This document shows, one piece after another, positions 28,431-43,400 of a DNA stretch of 64,000 bases. A program made the position numbers and the translations under genes. The stretch lies in assembly GCA_964016885.1 (NCBI GenBank), contig OZ024742.1, positions 342,488,001-342,552,000 of the forward strand. The letters run 5' to 3'. The stretch comes from Eledone cirrhosa. Its lineage: Eukaryota. The notes under the pieces were generated by a model. That model worked only from the letters and a program-made list of their open reading frames with translations, ran no database searches and had not been told where the DNA came from. The first letter of the stretch is position 1. Each line of letters opens with the position of its first letter.

Positions 28431-31400
28431 TTATGAAGTATGTGATCTCCAGTGGTATGAAGTATGTGATCTCCTGTGGTATGAAGAATGTGATCTACAG
28501 TGGTATGAAGTATGTGATCTCCAGTGCTATGAAGTATGTGATCTACAGTGGTATGAAGTATGTCAGCTCCAGTGGTATGAAGTTTGTGATCTCCAGTGGT
28601 ATGCAGTATGTGATCTACAGTGGTATGAAGTATGTGATCTCCAGTGGTATGAAGTATGTGATCTACAGTGGTATGAAGTATGTGATCTACAGTGGTATGA
28701 AGTATGTGATATCCTGTGGTATGAAGTATGTGATATCCTGTGGTATGAAGTATGTGATCTACAGTGGTATGAAGTATGTGATCTCCTGTGATATGAAGTA
28801 TGTGATCTACAGTGGTATGAAGTATGTGATCTACAGTGGTATGGAGTATGTGATCTCCAGGGGTATGAAGTATGTGATCTACAGTGGTATGAAGTATGTG
28901 ATCTCCAGTGGTATGAAGTATGTCAGCTCCAGTGGTATGAAGTATGTGATCTACAGTGGTATGATGTATGTGATCTACAGTGGTATGATGTATGTGATAT
29001 CCAGTGGTATGAAGTATGTGATCTCCATTGGTATGAAGTATGTGATCTGCAGTGATATGAAGTATGTGATCTACAGTGGTATGAAGTATGTGATCTTCAG
29101 TGGTATGAAGTATGTGATCTCCAGTGGTATGAAGTATGTGATCTACAGTGGTATGAAGTATGTGATCTACAGTGGTATGAAGTATGTGATCTCCAGTGGT
29201 ATGAAGTATGTGATCTCCACTGGTATGAAGTTTGTGATCTACAGTGGTATGAAGTATGTGATCTACAGTGGTATGAAGTATGTGATCTCCAGTGGTATGA
29301 AGTATGTGATCTACAGTGGTATGCAGTATGTGATCTACAGTGGTATGAAGTATGTGATCTCCAGTGGTATGAAGTATGTGATCTCCAGTGGTATGAAGTA
29401 TGTGATCTACAGTGGTATGAAGTATGTGATATCCTGTGGTATGAAGTATGTGATCTACAGTGGTATGAAGTATGTGATCTACAGTGGTATGAAGTATGTG
29501 ATCTCCTGTGGTATGAAGTATGTGATCTCCAGTGGTATGAAGTATGTGATCTACAGTGGTATGAAGTATGTGATCTCCAGTGGTATGAAGTATGTGATCT
29601 ACAGTGGTATGAAGTATGTGATCTACAGTGGTATGATGTATGTGATCTCCAGTGGTATGAAGTATGTGATCTCCATTGGTATGAAGTATGTGATCTCCAG
29701 TGGTATGAAGTATGTGATCTCCATTGGTATGAAGTATGTGATCTCCAGTGGTATGAAGTATGTGATCTACAGTGGTATGAAGTATGTGATCTACAGTGGT
29801 ATGAAGTATGTGATCTCCAGGGGTATGAAGTATGTCAGCTCCAGTGGTATGAAGTATGTGATCTACAGTGGTATGAAGTATGTGATCTACAGTGGTATGA
29901 AGTATGTGATCTACATTGGTATGAAGTATGTGATCTACAGTGGTATGATGTATGTGATCTCCAGTGGTATGAAGTATGTGATCTCCATTGGTATGAAGTA
30001 TGTGATCTCCAGTGGTATGAAGTATGTGATCTACAGTGGTATGAAGTATGTGATCTCCAGTGGTATGAAGTATGTGATCTACAGTGGTATGAAGTATGTG
30101 ATCTCCAGTGGTATGAAGTATGTGATCTCCAGTGGTATGAAGTATGTGATCTCCATTGGTATGAAGTATGTGATCTCCAGTGGTATGAAGTATGTGATCT
30201 ACAGTGGTATGAAGTATGTGATCTCCAGTGGTATGAAGTATGTGATCTCCATTGGTATGAAGTATGTGATCTCCAGTGGTATGAAGTATGTGATCTACAG
30301 TGGTATGAAGTATGTGATCTCCAGTGGTATGAAGTATGTGATCTACAGTGGTATGAAGTATGTGATCTACAGTGGTATGAAGTATGTGATCTCCAGGGGT
30401 ATGAAGTATGTGATCTACAGTGGTATGAAGTATGTGATCTCCAGTGGTATGAAGTATGTCAGCTCCAGTGGTATGAAGTATGTGATCTACAGTGGTATGA
30501 TGTATGTGATCTACAGTGGTATGATGTATGTGATATCCAGTGGTATGAAGTATGTGATCTCCATTGGTATGAAGTATGTGATCTGCAGTGATATGAAGTA
30601 TGTGATCTACAGTGGTATGAAGTATGTGATCTTCAGTGGTATGAAGTATGTGATCTCCAGTGGTATGAAGTATGTGATCTACAGTGGTATGAAGTATGTG
30701 ATCTACAGTGGTATGAAGTATGTGATCTCCAGTGGTATGAAGTATGTGATCTCCAGTGGTATGAAGTATGTGATCTATAGTGGTATGAAGTATGTGATCT
30801 ACAGTGGTATGAAGTATGTGATCTCCAGTGGTATGAAGTATGTGATCTACAGTGGTATGAAGTATGTGATCTACAGTGGTATGAAGTATGTGATCTCCAG
30901 TGGTATGAAGTATGTGATCTCCAGTGGTATGAAGTATGTGATCTACAGTGGTATGAAGTATGTGATATCCTGTGGTATGAAGTATGTGATCTACAGTGGT
31001 ATGAAGTATGTGATATCCTGTGGTATGAAGTATGTGATCTCCATTGTTATGAAGTATGTGATCTCCAGTGTTATGAAGTATGTGATCTCCAGTGGTATGA
31101 AGTATGTGATCTCCTGTGGTATGAAGAATGTGATCTACAGTGGTATGAAGTATGTGATCTCCAGTGCTATGAAGTATGTGATCTACAGTGGTATGAAGTA
31201 TGTCAGCTCCAGTGGTATGAAGTTTGTGATCTCCAGTGGTATGCAGTATGTGATCTACAGTGGTATGAAGTATGTGATCTCCAGTGGTATGAAGTATGTG
31301 ATCTACAGTGGTATGAAGTATGTGATCTACAGTGGTATGAAGTATGTGATATCCTGTGGTATGAAGTATGTGATATCCTGTGGTATGAAGTATGTGATCT

Positions 31401-32099
31401 ACAGTGGTATGAAGTATGTGATCTCCTGTGATATGAAGTATGTGATCTACAGTGGTATGAAGTATGTGATCTACAGTGGTATGAAGTATGTGATCTCCAG
31501 GGGTATGAAGTATGTGATCTACAGTGGTATGAAGTATGTGATCTCCAGTGGTATGAAGTATGTCAGCTCCAGTGGTATGAAGTATGTGATCTACAGTGGT
31601 ATGATGTATGTGATCTACAGTGGTATGATGTATGTGATATCCAGTGGTATGAAGTATGTGATCTCCATTGGTATGAAGTATGTGATCTGCAGTGATATGA
31701 AGTATGTGATCTACAGTGGTATGAAGTATGTGATCTTCAGTGGTATGAAGTATGTGATCTCCAGTGGTATGAAGTATGTGATCTACAGTGGTATGAAGTA
31801 TGTGATCTACAGTGGTATGAAGTATGTGATCTCCAGTGGTATGAAGTATGTGATCTCCACTGGTATGAAGTTTGTGATCTACAGTGGTATGAAGTATGTG
31901 ATCTACAGTGGTATGAAGTATGTGATCTCCAGTGGTATGAAGTATGTGATCTACAGTGGTATGCAGTATGTGATCTACAGTGGTATGAAGTATGTGATCT
32001 CCAGTGGTATGAAGTATGTGATCTCCAGTGGTATGAAGTATGTGATCTACAGTGGTATGAAGTATGTGATATCCTGTGGTATGAAGTATGTGATCTACA
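27208..32099 (+). repeat. ~2.25-kb direct duplication at 2,640-bp (110-monomer) offset: 27208-29459 and 29848-32099
   Basis: Sequence lines from 27241 and from 29881 are identical in register. Shared rare variants include CTATAG (~28135/30775), AGTGTTATG (~28427/31067) and AAGTTT (~28580/31220). I noticed one difference (ATGGAG at ~28841 vs ATGAAG at ~31481). Confidence 0.9.
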
Positions 32100-34497
32100 A
32101 TGGTATGAAGTATGTGATCTCCTGTGATATGAAGTATGTGATCTACAGTGGTATGAAGTATGTGATCTACAGTGGTATGAAGTATGTGATCTCCAGTGGT
32201 ATGAAGTATGTGATCTACAGTGGTATGAAGTATGTGATCTACAGTGGTATGATGTATGTGATCTCCAGTGGTATGAAGTATGTGATCTCCATTGGTATGA
32301 AGTATGTGATCTCCAGTGGTATGAAGTATGTGATCTACAGTGGTATGAAGTATGTGATCTCCAGTGGTATGAAGTATGTGATCTACAGTGGTATGAAGTA
32401 TGTGATCTACAGTGGTATGAAGTATGTGATCTACAGTGGTATGAAGTATGTGATCTCCAGTGGTATGAAGTATGTGATCTCCAGTGGTATGAAGTATGTG
32501 ATCTCCTGTGCTATGAAGTATGTGATCTCCTGTGGTATGAAGTATGTGATCTACAGTGGTATGAAGTATGTGATCTCCAGTGGTATGAAGTATGTGATCT
32601 ACAGTGGTATGAAGTATGTGATATCCTGTTGTATGAAGTATGTGATCTCCAGTGGTATGAAGTATGTGATCTCCTGTGGTATGAAGAATGTGATCTACAG
32701 TGGTATGAAGTATGTGATCTCCAGTGCTATGAAGTATGTGATCTACAGTGGTATGAAGTATGTGATCTACAGTGGTATGAAGTATGTGATCTACAGTGGT
32801 ATGAAGTATGTGATCTCCAGTGGTATGAAGTATGTCAGCTCCAGTGGTATGAAGTATGTGATCTACAGTGGTATGATGTATGTGATCTACAGTGGTATGA
32901 TGTATGTGATATCCAGTGGTATGAAGTATGTGATCTCCATTGGTATTAAGTATGTGATCTGCAGTGATATGAAGTATGTGATCTACAGTGGTATGAAGTA
33001 TGTGATCTTCAGTGGTATGAAGTATGTGATCTCCAGTGGTATGAAGTATGTGATCTACAGTGGTATGAAGTATGTGATCTACAGTGGTATGAAGTATGTG
33101 ATCTCCAGTGGTATGAAGTATGTGATCTACAGTGGTATGAAGTATGTGATCTCCAGTGGTATGAAGTATGTGATCTACAGTGGTATGAAGTATGTGATCT
33201 ACAGTGGTATGAAGTATGTGATCTCCAGTTGTATGAAAGTATGTGATCTACAGTGGTATGTAGTATGTGATCTACAGTGGTATGAAGTATGTGATCTACA
33301 GTGATATGAAGTATTTTATCTACAGCGGTATGAAGTATGTGATATCCTGTGGTATGAAGTATGTGATCTCCATTGGTATGAAGTATGTGATCTCCAGTGG
33401 TATGAAGTATGTGATCTCCAGTGGTATGAAGTATGTGATCTCCAGTGGTATGAAGTATGTGATCTACAGTGGTATGAAGTATGTGATCTACAGTGGTATG
33501 AAGTATGTGATCTACAGTGGTATGAAGTATGTGATATCCTGTGGTATGAAGTATATGATCTCCATTGGTATGAAGTATGTGATCTCCAGTGGTATGAAGT
33601 ATGTGATCTACAGTGGTATGAAGTATGTGATCTCCAGTGGTATGAAGTTATGTGATCTACAGTGGTATGAAGTATGTGATCTACAGTGGTATGAAGTATA
33701 TGATATCCTGTGGTATGAAGTTTGTGATCTACAGTGGTATGAAGTATGTGATCTACAGTGATATGAGGTATGTGATCTACAGTGGTATGAAGTATGTGAT
33801 CTCCTGTGATATGAAGTATGTGATCTACAGTGGTATGAAGTATGTGATCTACAGTGGTATGAAGTATGTGATCTACATTGGTATGAAGTATGTGATCTAC
33901 AGTGGTATGATGTATGTGATCTCCAGTGGTATGAAGTATGTGATCTCCATTGGTATGAAGTATGTGATCTCCAGTGGTATGAAGTATGTGATCTACAGTG
34001 GTATGAAGTATGTGATCTCCAGTGGTATGAAGTATGTGATCTACAGTGGTATGAAGTATGTGATCTCCAGTGGTATGAAGTATGTGATCTCCAGTGGTAT
34101 GAAGTATGTGATCTCCATTGGTATGAAGTATGTGATCTCCAGTGGTATGAAGTATGTGATCTACAGTGTTATGAAGTATGTGATCTCCAGTGGTATGAAG
34201 TATGTGATCTCCATTGGTATGAAGTACGTGATCTCCAGTGGTATGAAGTATGTGATCTACAGTGGTATGAAGTATGTGATCTCCAGTGGTATGAAGTATG
34301 TGATCTACAGTGGTATGAAGTATGTGATCTACAGTGGTATGAAGTATGTGATCTCCAGGGGTATGAAGTATGTGATCTACAGTGGTATGAAGTATGTGAT
34401 CTCCAGTGGTATGAAGTATGTCAGCTCCAGTGATATGAAGTATGTGATCTACAGTGGTATGATGTATGTGATCTACAGTGGTATGATGTATGTGATA

Positions 34498-37400
34498 TCC
34501 AGTGGTATGAAGTATGTGATCTCCATTGGTATGAAGTATGTGATCTGCAGTGATATGAAGTATGTGATCTACAGTGGTATGAAGTATGTGATCTTCAGTG
34601 GTATGAAGTATGTGATCTCCAGTGGTATGAAGTATGTGATCTACAGTGGTATGAAGTATGTGATCTACAGTGGTATGAAGTATGTGATCTCCAGTGGTAT
34701 GAAGTATGTGATCTCCAGTGGTATGAAGTATGTGATCTACAGTGGTATGAAGTATGTGATCTACAGTGGTATGAAGTATGTGATCTCCAGTGGTATGAAG
34801 TATGTGATCTACAGTGGTATGAAGTATGTGATCTACAGTGGTATGAAGTATGTGATCTCCAGTGGTATGATGTATGTGATCTCCAGTGGTATGAAGTATG
34901 TGATCTACAGTGGTATGAAGTATGTGATATCCTGTGGTATGAAGTATGTGATCTACAGTGGTATGAAGTATGTGATATCCTGTGGTATGAAGTATGTGAT
35001 CTCCATTGTTATGAAGTATGTGATCTCCAGTGGTATGAAGTATGTGATCTCCAGTGGTATGAAGTATGTGATCTACAGTGGTATGAAGTATGTGATCTAC
35101 AGTGGTATGAAGTATGTGATATCCTGTGGTATGAAGTATGTGATCTCCATTGGTATGAAGTATGTGATCTCCAGTGGTATGAAGTATGTGATCTACAGTG
35201 GTATGAAGTATGTGATCTACAGTGGTATGAAGTATGTGATCTACAGTGGTATGAAGTATGTGATCTACAGTGGTATGATGTATGTGATCTCCAGTGGTAT
35301 GAAGTATGTGATCTCCATTGGTATGAAGTATGTGATCTCCAGTGGTATGAAGTATGTGATCTACAGTGGTATGAAGTATGTGATCTCCAGTGGTATGAAG
35401 TATGTGATCTCCAGTGGTATGAAGTATGTGATCTACAGTGGTATGAAGTATGTGATCTACAGTGGTATGAAGTATGTGATCTACAGTGGTATGAAGTATG
35501 TGATCTCCAGTGCTATGAAAGTATGTGATCTACAGTGGTATGAAGTATGTGATCTACAGTGGTATGAAGTATGTGATCTACAGTGATATGAAGTATGTGA
35601 TCTACAGTGGTATGAATTATGTGATATCCTGTGGTATGATGTATGTGATCTACAGTGGTATGAAGTATGTGATCTACAGTGGTATGAAGTATGTGATATC
35701 CTGTGGTATGAAGTATGTGATCTCCATTGGTATGAAGTATGTGATCTCCAGTGGTATGAAGTATGTGATCTCCAGTGGTATGAAGTATGTGATCTCCAGT
35801 GGTATGAAGTATGTGATCTACAGTGGTATGAAGTATGTGATTTACAGTGGTATGAAGTATGTGATCTACAGTGGTATGATGTATGTGATATCCTGTGGTA
35901 TGAAGTATATGATCTCCATTGGTATAAAGTATGTGATCTCCAGTGGTATGAAGTATGTGATCTCCAGTGGTATGAAGTATGTGATCTCCAGTGGTATGAA
36001 GTATGTGATCTACAGTGGTATGATGTATGTGATCTACAGTGGTATGAAGTATGTGATATCCTGTGGTATGAAGTATGTGATCTACAGTGGTATGATATAT
36101 GTGATCTACAGTGGTATGAAGTATGTGATCTCCTGTGGTATGAAGTATGTGATCTCCAGTGGTATGAAGTATGTGATCTACAGTGATATGAGGTATGTGA
36201 TCTACAGTGGTATGAAGTATGTGATCTCCTGTGATATGAAGTATGTGATCTACAGTGGTATGAAGTATGTGATCTACAGTGGTATGAAGTATGTGATCTC
36301 CAGTGGTATGAAGTATGTGATCTACAGTGGTATGACGTATGTGATCTACAGTGGTATGATGTATGTGATCTCCAGTGGTATGAAATATGTGATCTCCATT
36401 GGTATGAAGTATGTGATCTCCAGTGGTATGAAATAGGTGATCTACAGTGGTATGAAGTATGTGATCTCCAGTGGTATGAAGTATGTGATCTACAGTGGTA
36501 TGAAGTATGTGATCTACAGTGGTATGAAGTATGTGATCTACAGTGGTATGAAGTATGTGATCTACAGTGGTATGAAGTATGTGATCTCCAGTGGTATGAA
36601 GTATGTTATCTCCAGTGGTATGAAGTATGTGATCTCCTGTGGTATGAAGTATGTGATCTACAGTGGTATGAAGTATGTGATCTCCAGTGGTATGAAGTAT
36701 GTGATCTACAGTGGTATGAAGTATGTGATATCCTGTGGTATGAAGTATGTGATCTCCAGTGGTATGAAGTATGTGATCTCCTGTGGTATGAAGAATGTGA
36801 TCTACAGTGGTATGAAGTATGTGATGTCCAGTGCTATGAAGTATGTGATCTACAGTGGTATGAAGTATGTCAGCTCCAGTGGTATGAAGTATGTGATCTC
36901 CAGTGGTATGAAGTATGTGATCTACAGTGGTATGAAGTATGTGATCTCCAGTGGTATGAAGTATGTGATCTACAGTGGTATGAAGTATGTGATCTACAGT
37001 GGTATGAAGTATGTGATATCCTGTGGTATGAAGTGTGTGATATCCTGTGGTATGAAGTATGTGATCTACAGTGGTATGAAGTATGTGATATCCTGTGGTA
37101 TGAAGTATGTGATATCCTGTGGTATGAAGTATGTGATCTACAGTGGTATAAAGTATGTGATCTAAAGTGGTATGAAGTATGTGATCTCCAGGGGTATGAA
37201 GTATGTGATCTACAGTGGTATGAAGTATGTGAACTCCAGTGCTATGAAGCATGTCAGCTCCAGTGGTATGAAGTATGTGATCTACAGTGGTATGAAGTAT
37301 GTGATCTACAGTGGTATGATGTATGTGATATCCAGTGGTATGAAGTATGTGATCTCCATTGGTATGAAGTATGTGATCTGCAGTGATATGAAGTATGTGA

Positions 37401-40400
37401 TCTACAGTGGTATGAAGTATGTGATCTTCAGTGGTATGAAGTATGTGATCTCCAGTGGTATGAAGTATGTGATCTACAGTGGTATGAAGTATGTGATCTA
37501 CAGTGGTATGAAGTATGTGATCTACAGTGGTATGAAGTATGTGATCTCCAGTGGTATGAAGTATGTGATCTCCAGTGGCATGAAGTATGTGATCTACAGT
37601 GGTATGAAGTATGTGATCTACAGTGGTATGAAGTATGTGATCTCCAGTGGTATGAAGTATGTGATCTACAGTGGTATGAAGTATGTGATCTACAGTGGTA
37701 TGGAGTATGTGATCTCCAGTGGTATGAAAGTATGTGATCTCCAGTGGTATGAAGTATGTGATCTACAGTGGTATGAAGTATGTGATCTCCAGTGGTATGA
37801 AGTATGTGATCTACAGTGGTATGAAGTATGTGATCTACAGTGGTATGGTGTATGTGATCTCCAGTGGTATGAAAGTATGTGATCTCCAGTGGTATGAAGT
37901 ATGTGATCTACAGTGGTATGAAGTATGTGATCTACAGTGATATGCAGTATGTGATCTACAGTGGTATGAATTATGTGATATCCTGTGGTATGAAGTATGT
38001 GATCGCCAGTGGTATGAAGTATGTGATCTCCAGTGGTATGAAGTATGTGATCTCCAGTGGTATGAAGTATGTGATCTACAGTGGTATGAAGTATGTGATC
38101 TACAGTGGTATGAAGTATGTGATATCCTGTGGTATGAAGTATGTGATCTCCAGTGGTATGAAGTATGTGATCTACAGTGGTATGAAGTATGTGATCTACA
38201 GTGGTATGAAGTATGTGATCTCCAGTGGTATGAAGTATGTGATCTCCAGTGGTATGAAGTATGTGATCTACAGTGGTATGAAGTATGTGATATCCTGTGG
38301 TATGAAGTATGTGATCTCCATTGGTATGAAGTATGTGATCTCCAGTGGTATGAAGTATGTGATCTCCAGTGGTATGAAGTATGTGATCTCCAGTGGTATG
38401 AAGTATGTGATCTACAGTGGTATGAAGTATGTGATCTACAGTGGTATGAAGTATGTGATCTACAGTGGTATAAAGTATGTGATCTACAGTGGTATGAAGT
38501 ATGTGATATCCTGTGGTATGAAGTATATGATCTCCATTGGTATGAAGTATGTGATCTCCAGTGGTATGAAGTATGTGATCTCCAGTGGTATGAAGTATGT
38601 GATCTCCAGTGGTATGAAGTATGTGATCTACAGTGGTATGAAGTATGTGATCTACAGTGGTATGAAGTATGTGATATCCTGTGGTATTAAGTATGTGATA
38701 TACAGTGGTATGATGTATGTGATCTACAGTGGTATGAAGTATGTGATCTCCTGTGGTATGAAGTATGTGATCTCCAGTGGTATGAAGTATGTGATCTACA
38801 GTGATATGAGGTATGTGATCTACAGTGGTATGAAGTATGTGATCTCCTGTGATATGAAGTATGTGATCTACAGTGGTATGAAGTATGTGATCTACAGTGG
38901 TATGAAGTATGTGATCTCCAGTGGTATAAAGTATGTGATCTACAGTGGTATGAAGTATGTGATCTACAGTGGTATGAAGTATGTGATCTCCAGTGGTATG
39001 AAGTATGTGATCTCCAGTGGTATGAAGTATGTGATCTCCTGTGGTATGAAGTATGTGATCTACAGTGGTATGAAGTATGTGATCTCCAGTGGTATGAAGT
39101 ATGTGATCTACAGTGGTATGAAGTATGTGATCTACAGTGGTATGAAGTATGTGATCTCCAGTGGTATGAAGTATGAGATCTCCAGTGGTATGAAGTATGT
39201 GATCTCCTGTGGTATGAAGTATGTGATCTCCTGTGGTATGAAGTATGTGATCTACAGTGGTATGAAGTATGTGATCTCCAGTGGTATAAATATGTGATCT
39301 ACAGTGGTATGAAGTATGTGATATCCTGTGGTATGAAGTATGTGATCTCCAGTGGTATGAAGTATGTGATCTCCTGTGGTGTGAAGAATGTGATCTACAG
39401 TGGTATGAAGTATGTGATCTCCAGTGCTATGAAGTATGTGATCTACAGTGGTATGAAGTATGTCAGCTCCAGTGGTATGAAGTATGTGATCTCCAGTGGT
39501 ATGAAGTATGTGATCTACAGTGGTATGAAGTATGTGATCTCCAGTAGTATGAAGTATGTGATCTACAGTGGTATGAAGTATGTGATCTACAGTGGTATGA
39601 AGTATGTGATATCCTGTGGTATGAAGTATGTGATATCCTGTGGTATGAAGTATGTGATCTACAGTGGTATGAAGTATGTGATCGCCTGTGATATGAAGTA
39701 TGTGATCTACAGTGGTATGAAGTATGTGATCTACAGTGGTATGAAGTATGTGATCTCCAGGGGTATGAAGTATGTGATCTACAGTGGTATGAAGTATGTG
39801 ATCTCCAGTGGTATGAAGTATGTCAGCTCCAGTGGTATGAAGTATGTGGTCTACAGTGGTATGAAGTATGTGATCTACAGTGGTATGATGTATGTGATAT
39901 CCAGTGGTATGAAGTATGTGATCTCCATTGGTATGAAGTATGTGATCTGCAGTGATATGAAGTATGTGATCTACAGTGGTATGAAGTATGTGATCTTCAG
40001 TGGTATGAAGTATGTGATCTCCAGTGGTATGAAGTATGTGATCTACAGTGGTATGAAGTATGTGATCTACAGTGGTATGAAGTATGTGATCTACAGTGGT
40101 ATGATGTATGTGATCTCCAGTGGTATGAAGTATGTGATCTCCATTGGTATGAAGTATGTGATCTCCATTGGTATGAAGTATGTGATCTCCAGTGGTATGA
40201 AGTATGTGATCTACAGTGGTATGAAGTATGTGATCTACAGTGGTGTGATGTATGTGATCTCCAGTGGTATGAAGTATGTGATCTCCATTGGTATGAAGTA
40301 TGTGATCTCCAGTGGTATGAAGTATGTGATCTACAGTGGTATGAAGTATGTGATCTCCAGTGGTATGAAGTATGTGATCTACAGTGGTATGAAGTATGTG

Positions 40401-43400
40401 ATCTACAGTGGTATGAAGTATGTGATCTACAGTGGTATGAAGTATGTGATCTACAGTGGTATGAAGTATGTGATCTACAGTGGTATGAAGTATGTGATCT
40501 CCTGTGATATGAAGTATGTGATCTACAGTGGTATAAAGTATGTGATCTACAGTGGTATGAAGTATGTGATCTCCAGGGGTATGAAGTATGTGATCTACAG
40601 TGGTATGAAGTATGTGAACTCCAGTGCTATGAAGCATGTCAGCTCCAGTGGTATGAAGTATGTGATCTACAGTGGTATGAAGTATGTGATCTACAGTGGT
40701 ATGATGTATGTGATATCCAGTGGTATGAAGTATGTGATCTCCATTGGTATGAAGTATGTGATCTGCAGTGATATGAAGTATGTGATCTACAGTGGTATGA
40801 AGTATGTGATATTCAGTGGTATGAAGTATGTGATCTCCAGTGGTATGAAGTATGTGATCTACAGTGGTATGAAGTATGTGATCTACAGTGGTATGAAGTA
40901 TGTGATCTACAGTGGTATGAAGTATGTGATCTCCAGTGGTATGAAGTATGTGATCTCCAGTGGCATGAAGTATGTGATCTACAGTGGTATGAAGTATGTG
41001 ATCTACAGTGGTATGAAGTATGTGATCTCCAGTGGTATGAAGTATGTGATCTACAGTGGTATGAAATATGTGATCTACAGTGGTATGGAGTATGTGATCT
41101 CCAGTGGTATGAAAGTATGTGATCTCCAGTGGTATGAAGTATGTGATCTACAGTGGTATGAAGTATGTGATCTCCAGTGGTATGAAGTATGTGATCTACA
41201 GTGGTATGAAGTATGTGATCTACAGTGGTATGGAGTCTGTGATCTCCAGTGGTATGAAAGTATGTGATCTCCAGTGGTATGAAGTATGTGATCTACAGTG
41301 GTATGATGTATGTGATCTCCAGTGGTATGAAGTATGTGATCTCCATTGGTATGAAGTATGTGATCTCCATTGGTATGAAGTATGTGATCTCCAGTGGTAT
41401 GAAGTATGTGATCTACAGTGGTATGAAGTATGTGATCTACAGTGGTATGATGTATGTGATCTCCAGTGGTATGAAGTATGTGATCTCCATTGGTATGAAG
41501 TATGTGATCTCCAGTGGTATGAAGTATGTGATCTACAGTGGTATGAAGTATGTGATCTCCAGTGGTATGAAGTATGTGATCTACAGTGGTATGAAGTATG
41601 TGATCTACAGTGGTATGGAGTATGTGATCTCCAGTGGTATGAAAGTATGTGATCTCCAGTGGTATGATGTATGTGATCTACAGTGGTATGAAGTATGTGA
41701 TCTACAGTGATATGAAGTATGTGATCTACAGTGGTATGAATTATGTGATATCCTGTGGTATGAAGTATGTGATCTCCATTGGTATGAAGCATGTGATCTC
41801 CAATGGTATGAAGTATGTGATCTCCAGTGGTATGAAGTATGTGATCTCCAGTGGTATGAAGTATGTGATCTACAGTGGTATGAAGTATGTGATCTACAGT
41901 GGTATGAAGTATGTGATCTACAGTGGTATGAAGTATGTGATCTACAGTGGTATGAAGTATGTGATCTCCTGTGATATGAAGTATGTGATCTACAGTGGTA
42001 TAAAGTATGTGATCTACAGTGGTATGAAGTATGTGATCTCCAGGGGTATGAAGTATGTGATCTACAGTGGTATGAAGTATGTGAACTCCAGTGCTATGAA
42101 GCATGTCAGCTCCAGTGGTATGAAGTATGTGATCTACAGTGGTATGAAGTATGTGATCTACAGTGGTATGATGTATGTGATATCCAGTGGTATGAAGTAT
42201 GTGATCTCCATTGGTATGAAGTATGTGATCTGCAGTGATATGAAGTATGTGATCTACAGTGGTATGAAGTATGTGATCTTCATTGGTATGAAGTATGTGA
42301 TCTCCAGTGGTATGAAGTATGTGATCTACAGTGGTATGAAGTATGTGATCTACAGTGGTATGAAGTATGTGATCTACAGTGGTATGAAGTATGTGATCTC
42401 CAGTGGTATGAAGTATGTGATCTCCAGTGGCATGAAGTATGTGATCTACAGTGGTATGAAGTATGTGATCTACAGTGGTATGAAGTATGTGATCTCCAGT
42501 GGTATGAAGTATGTGATCTACAGTGGTATGAAGTATGTGATCTACAGTTGTATGGAGTATGTGATCTCCAGTGGTATGAAAGTATGTGATCTCCAGTGGT
42601 ATGAAGTATGTGATCTACAGTGGTATGAAGTATGTGATCTCCAGTGGTATGAAGTATGTGATCTACAGTGGTATGAAGTATGTGATCTACAGTGGTATGG
42701 AGTATGTGATCTCCAGTGGTATGAAAGTATGTGATCTCCAGTGGTATGAAGTATGTGATCTACAGTGGTATGAAGTATGTGATCTACAGTGATATGCAGT
42801 ATGTGATCTACAGTGGTATGAAGTATGTGATCTACAGTGGTATGAATTATGTGATATCCTGTGGTATGATGTATGTGATCTACAGTGGTATGAAGTATGT
42901 GATCTACAGTGGTATGAAGTATGTGATATCCTGTGGTATGAAGTATGTGATCTCCATTGGTATGAAGTATGTGATCTCCAGTGGTATGAAGTATGTGATC
43001 TCCAGTGGTATGAAGTATGTGATCTCCAGTGGTATGAAGTATGTGATCTACAGTGGTATGAAGTATGTGATCTACAGTGGTATGAAGTATGTGATATCCT
43101 GTGGTATGAAGTATGTGATCTACATTGGTATGATATATGTGATCTACAGTGGTATGAAGTATGTGATCTCCTGTGGTATGAAGTATGTGATCTCCCGTGG
43201 TATGAAGTATGTGATCTACAGTGATATGAGGTATGTGATCTACAGTGGTATGAAGTATGTGATCTCCTGTGATATGAAGTATGTGATCTACAGTGGTATG
43301 AAGTATGTGATCTACAGTGGTATGAAGTATGTGATCTCCAGTGGTATGAAGTATGTGATCTACAGTGGTATGAAGTATGTGATCTACAGTGGTATGATGT

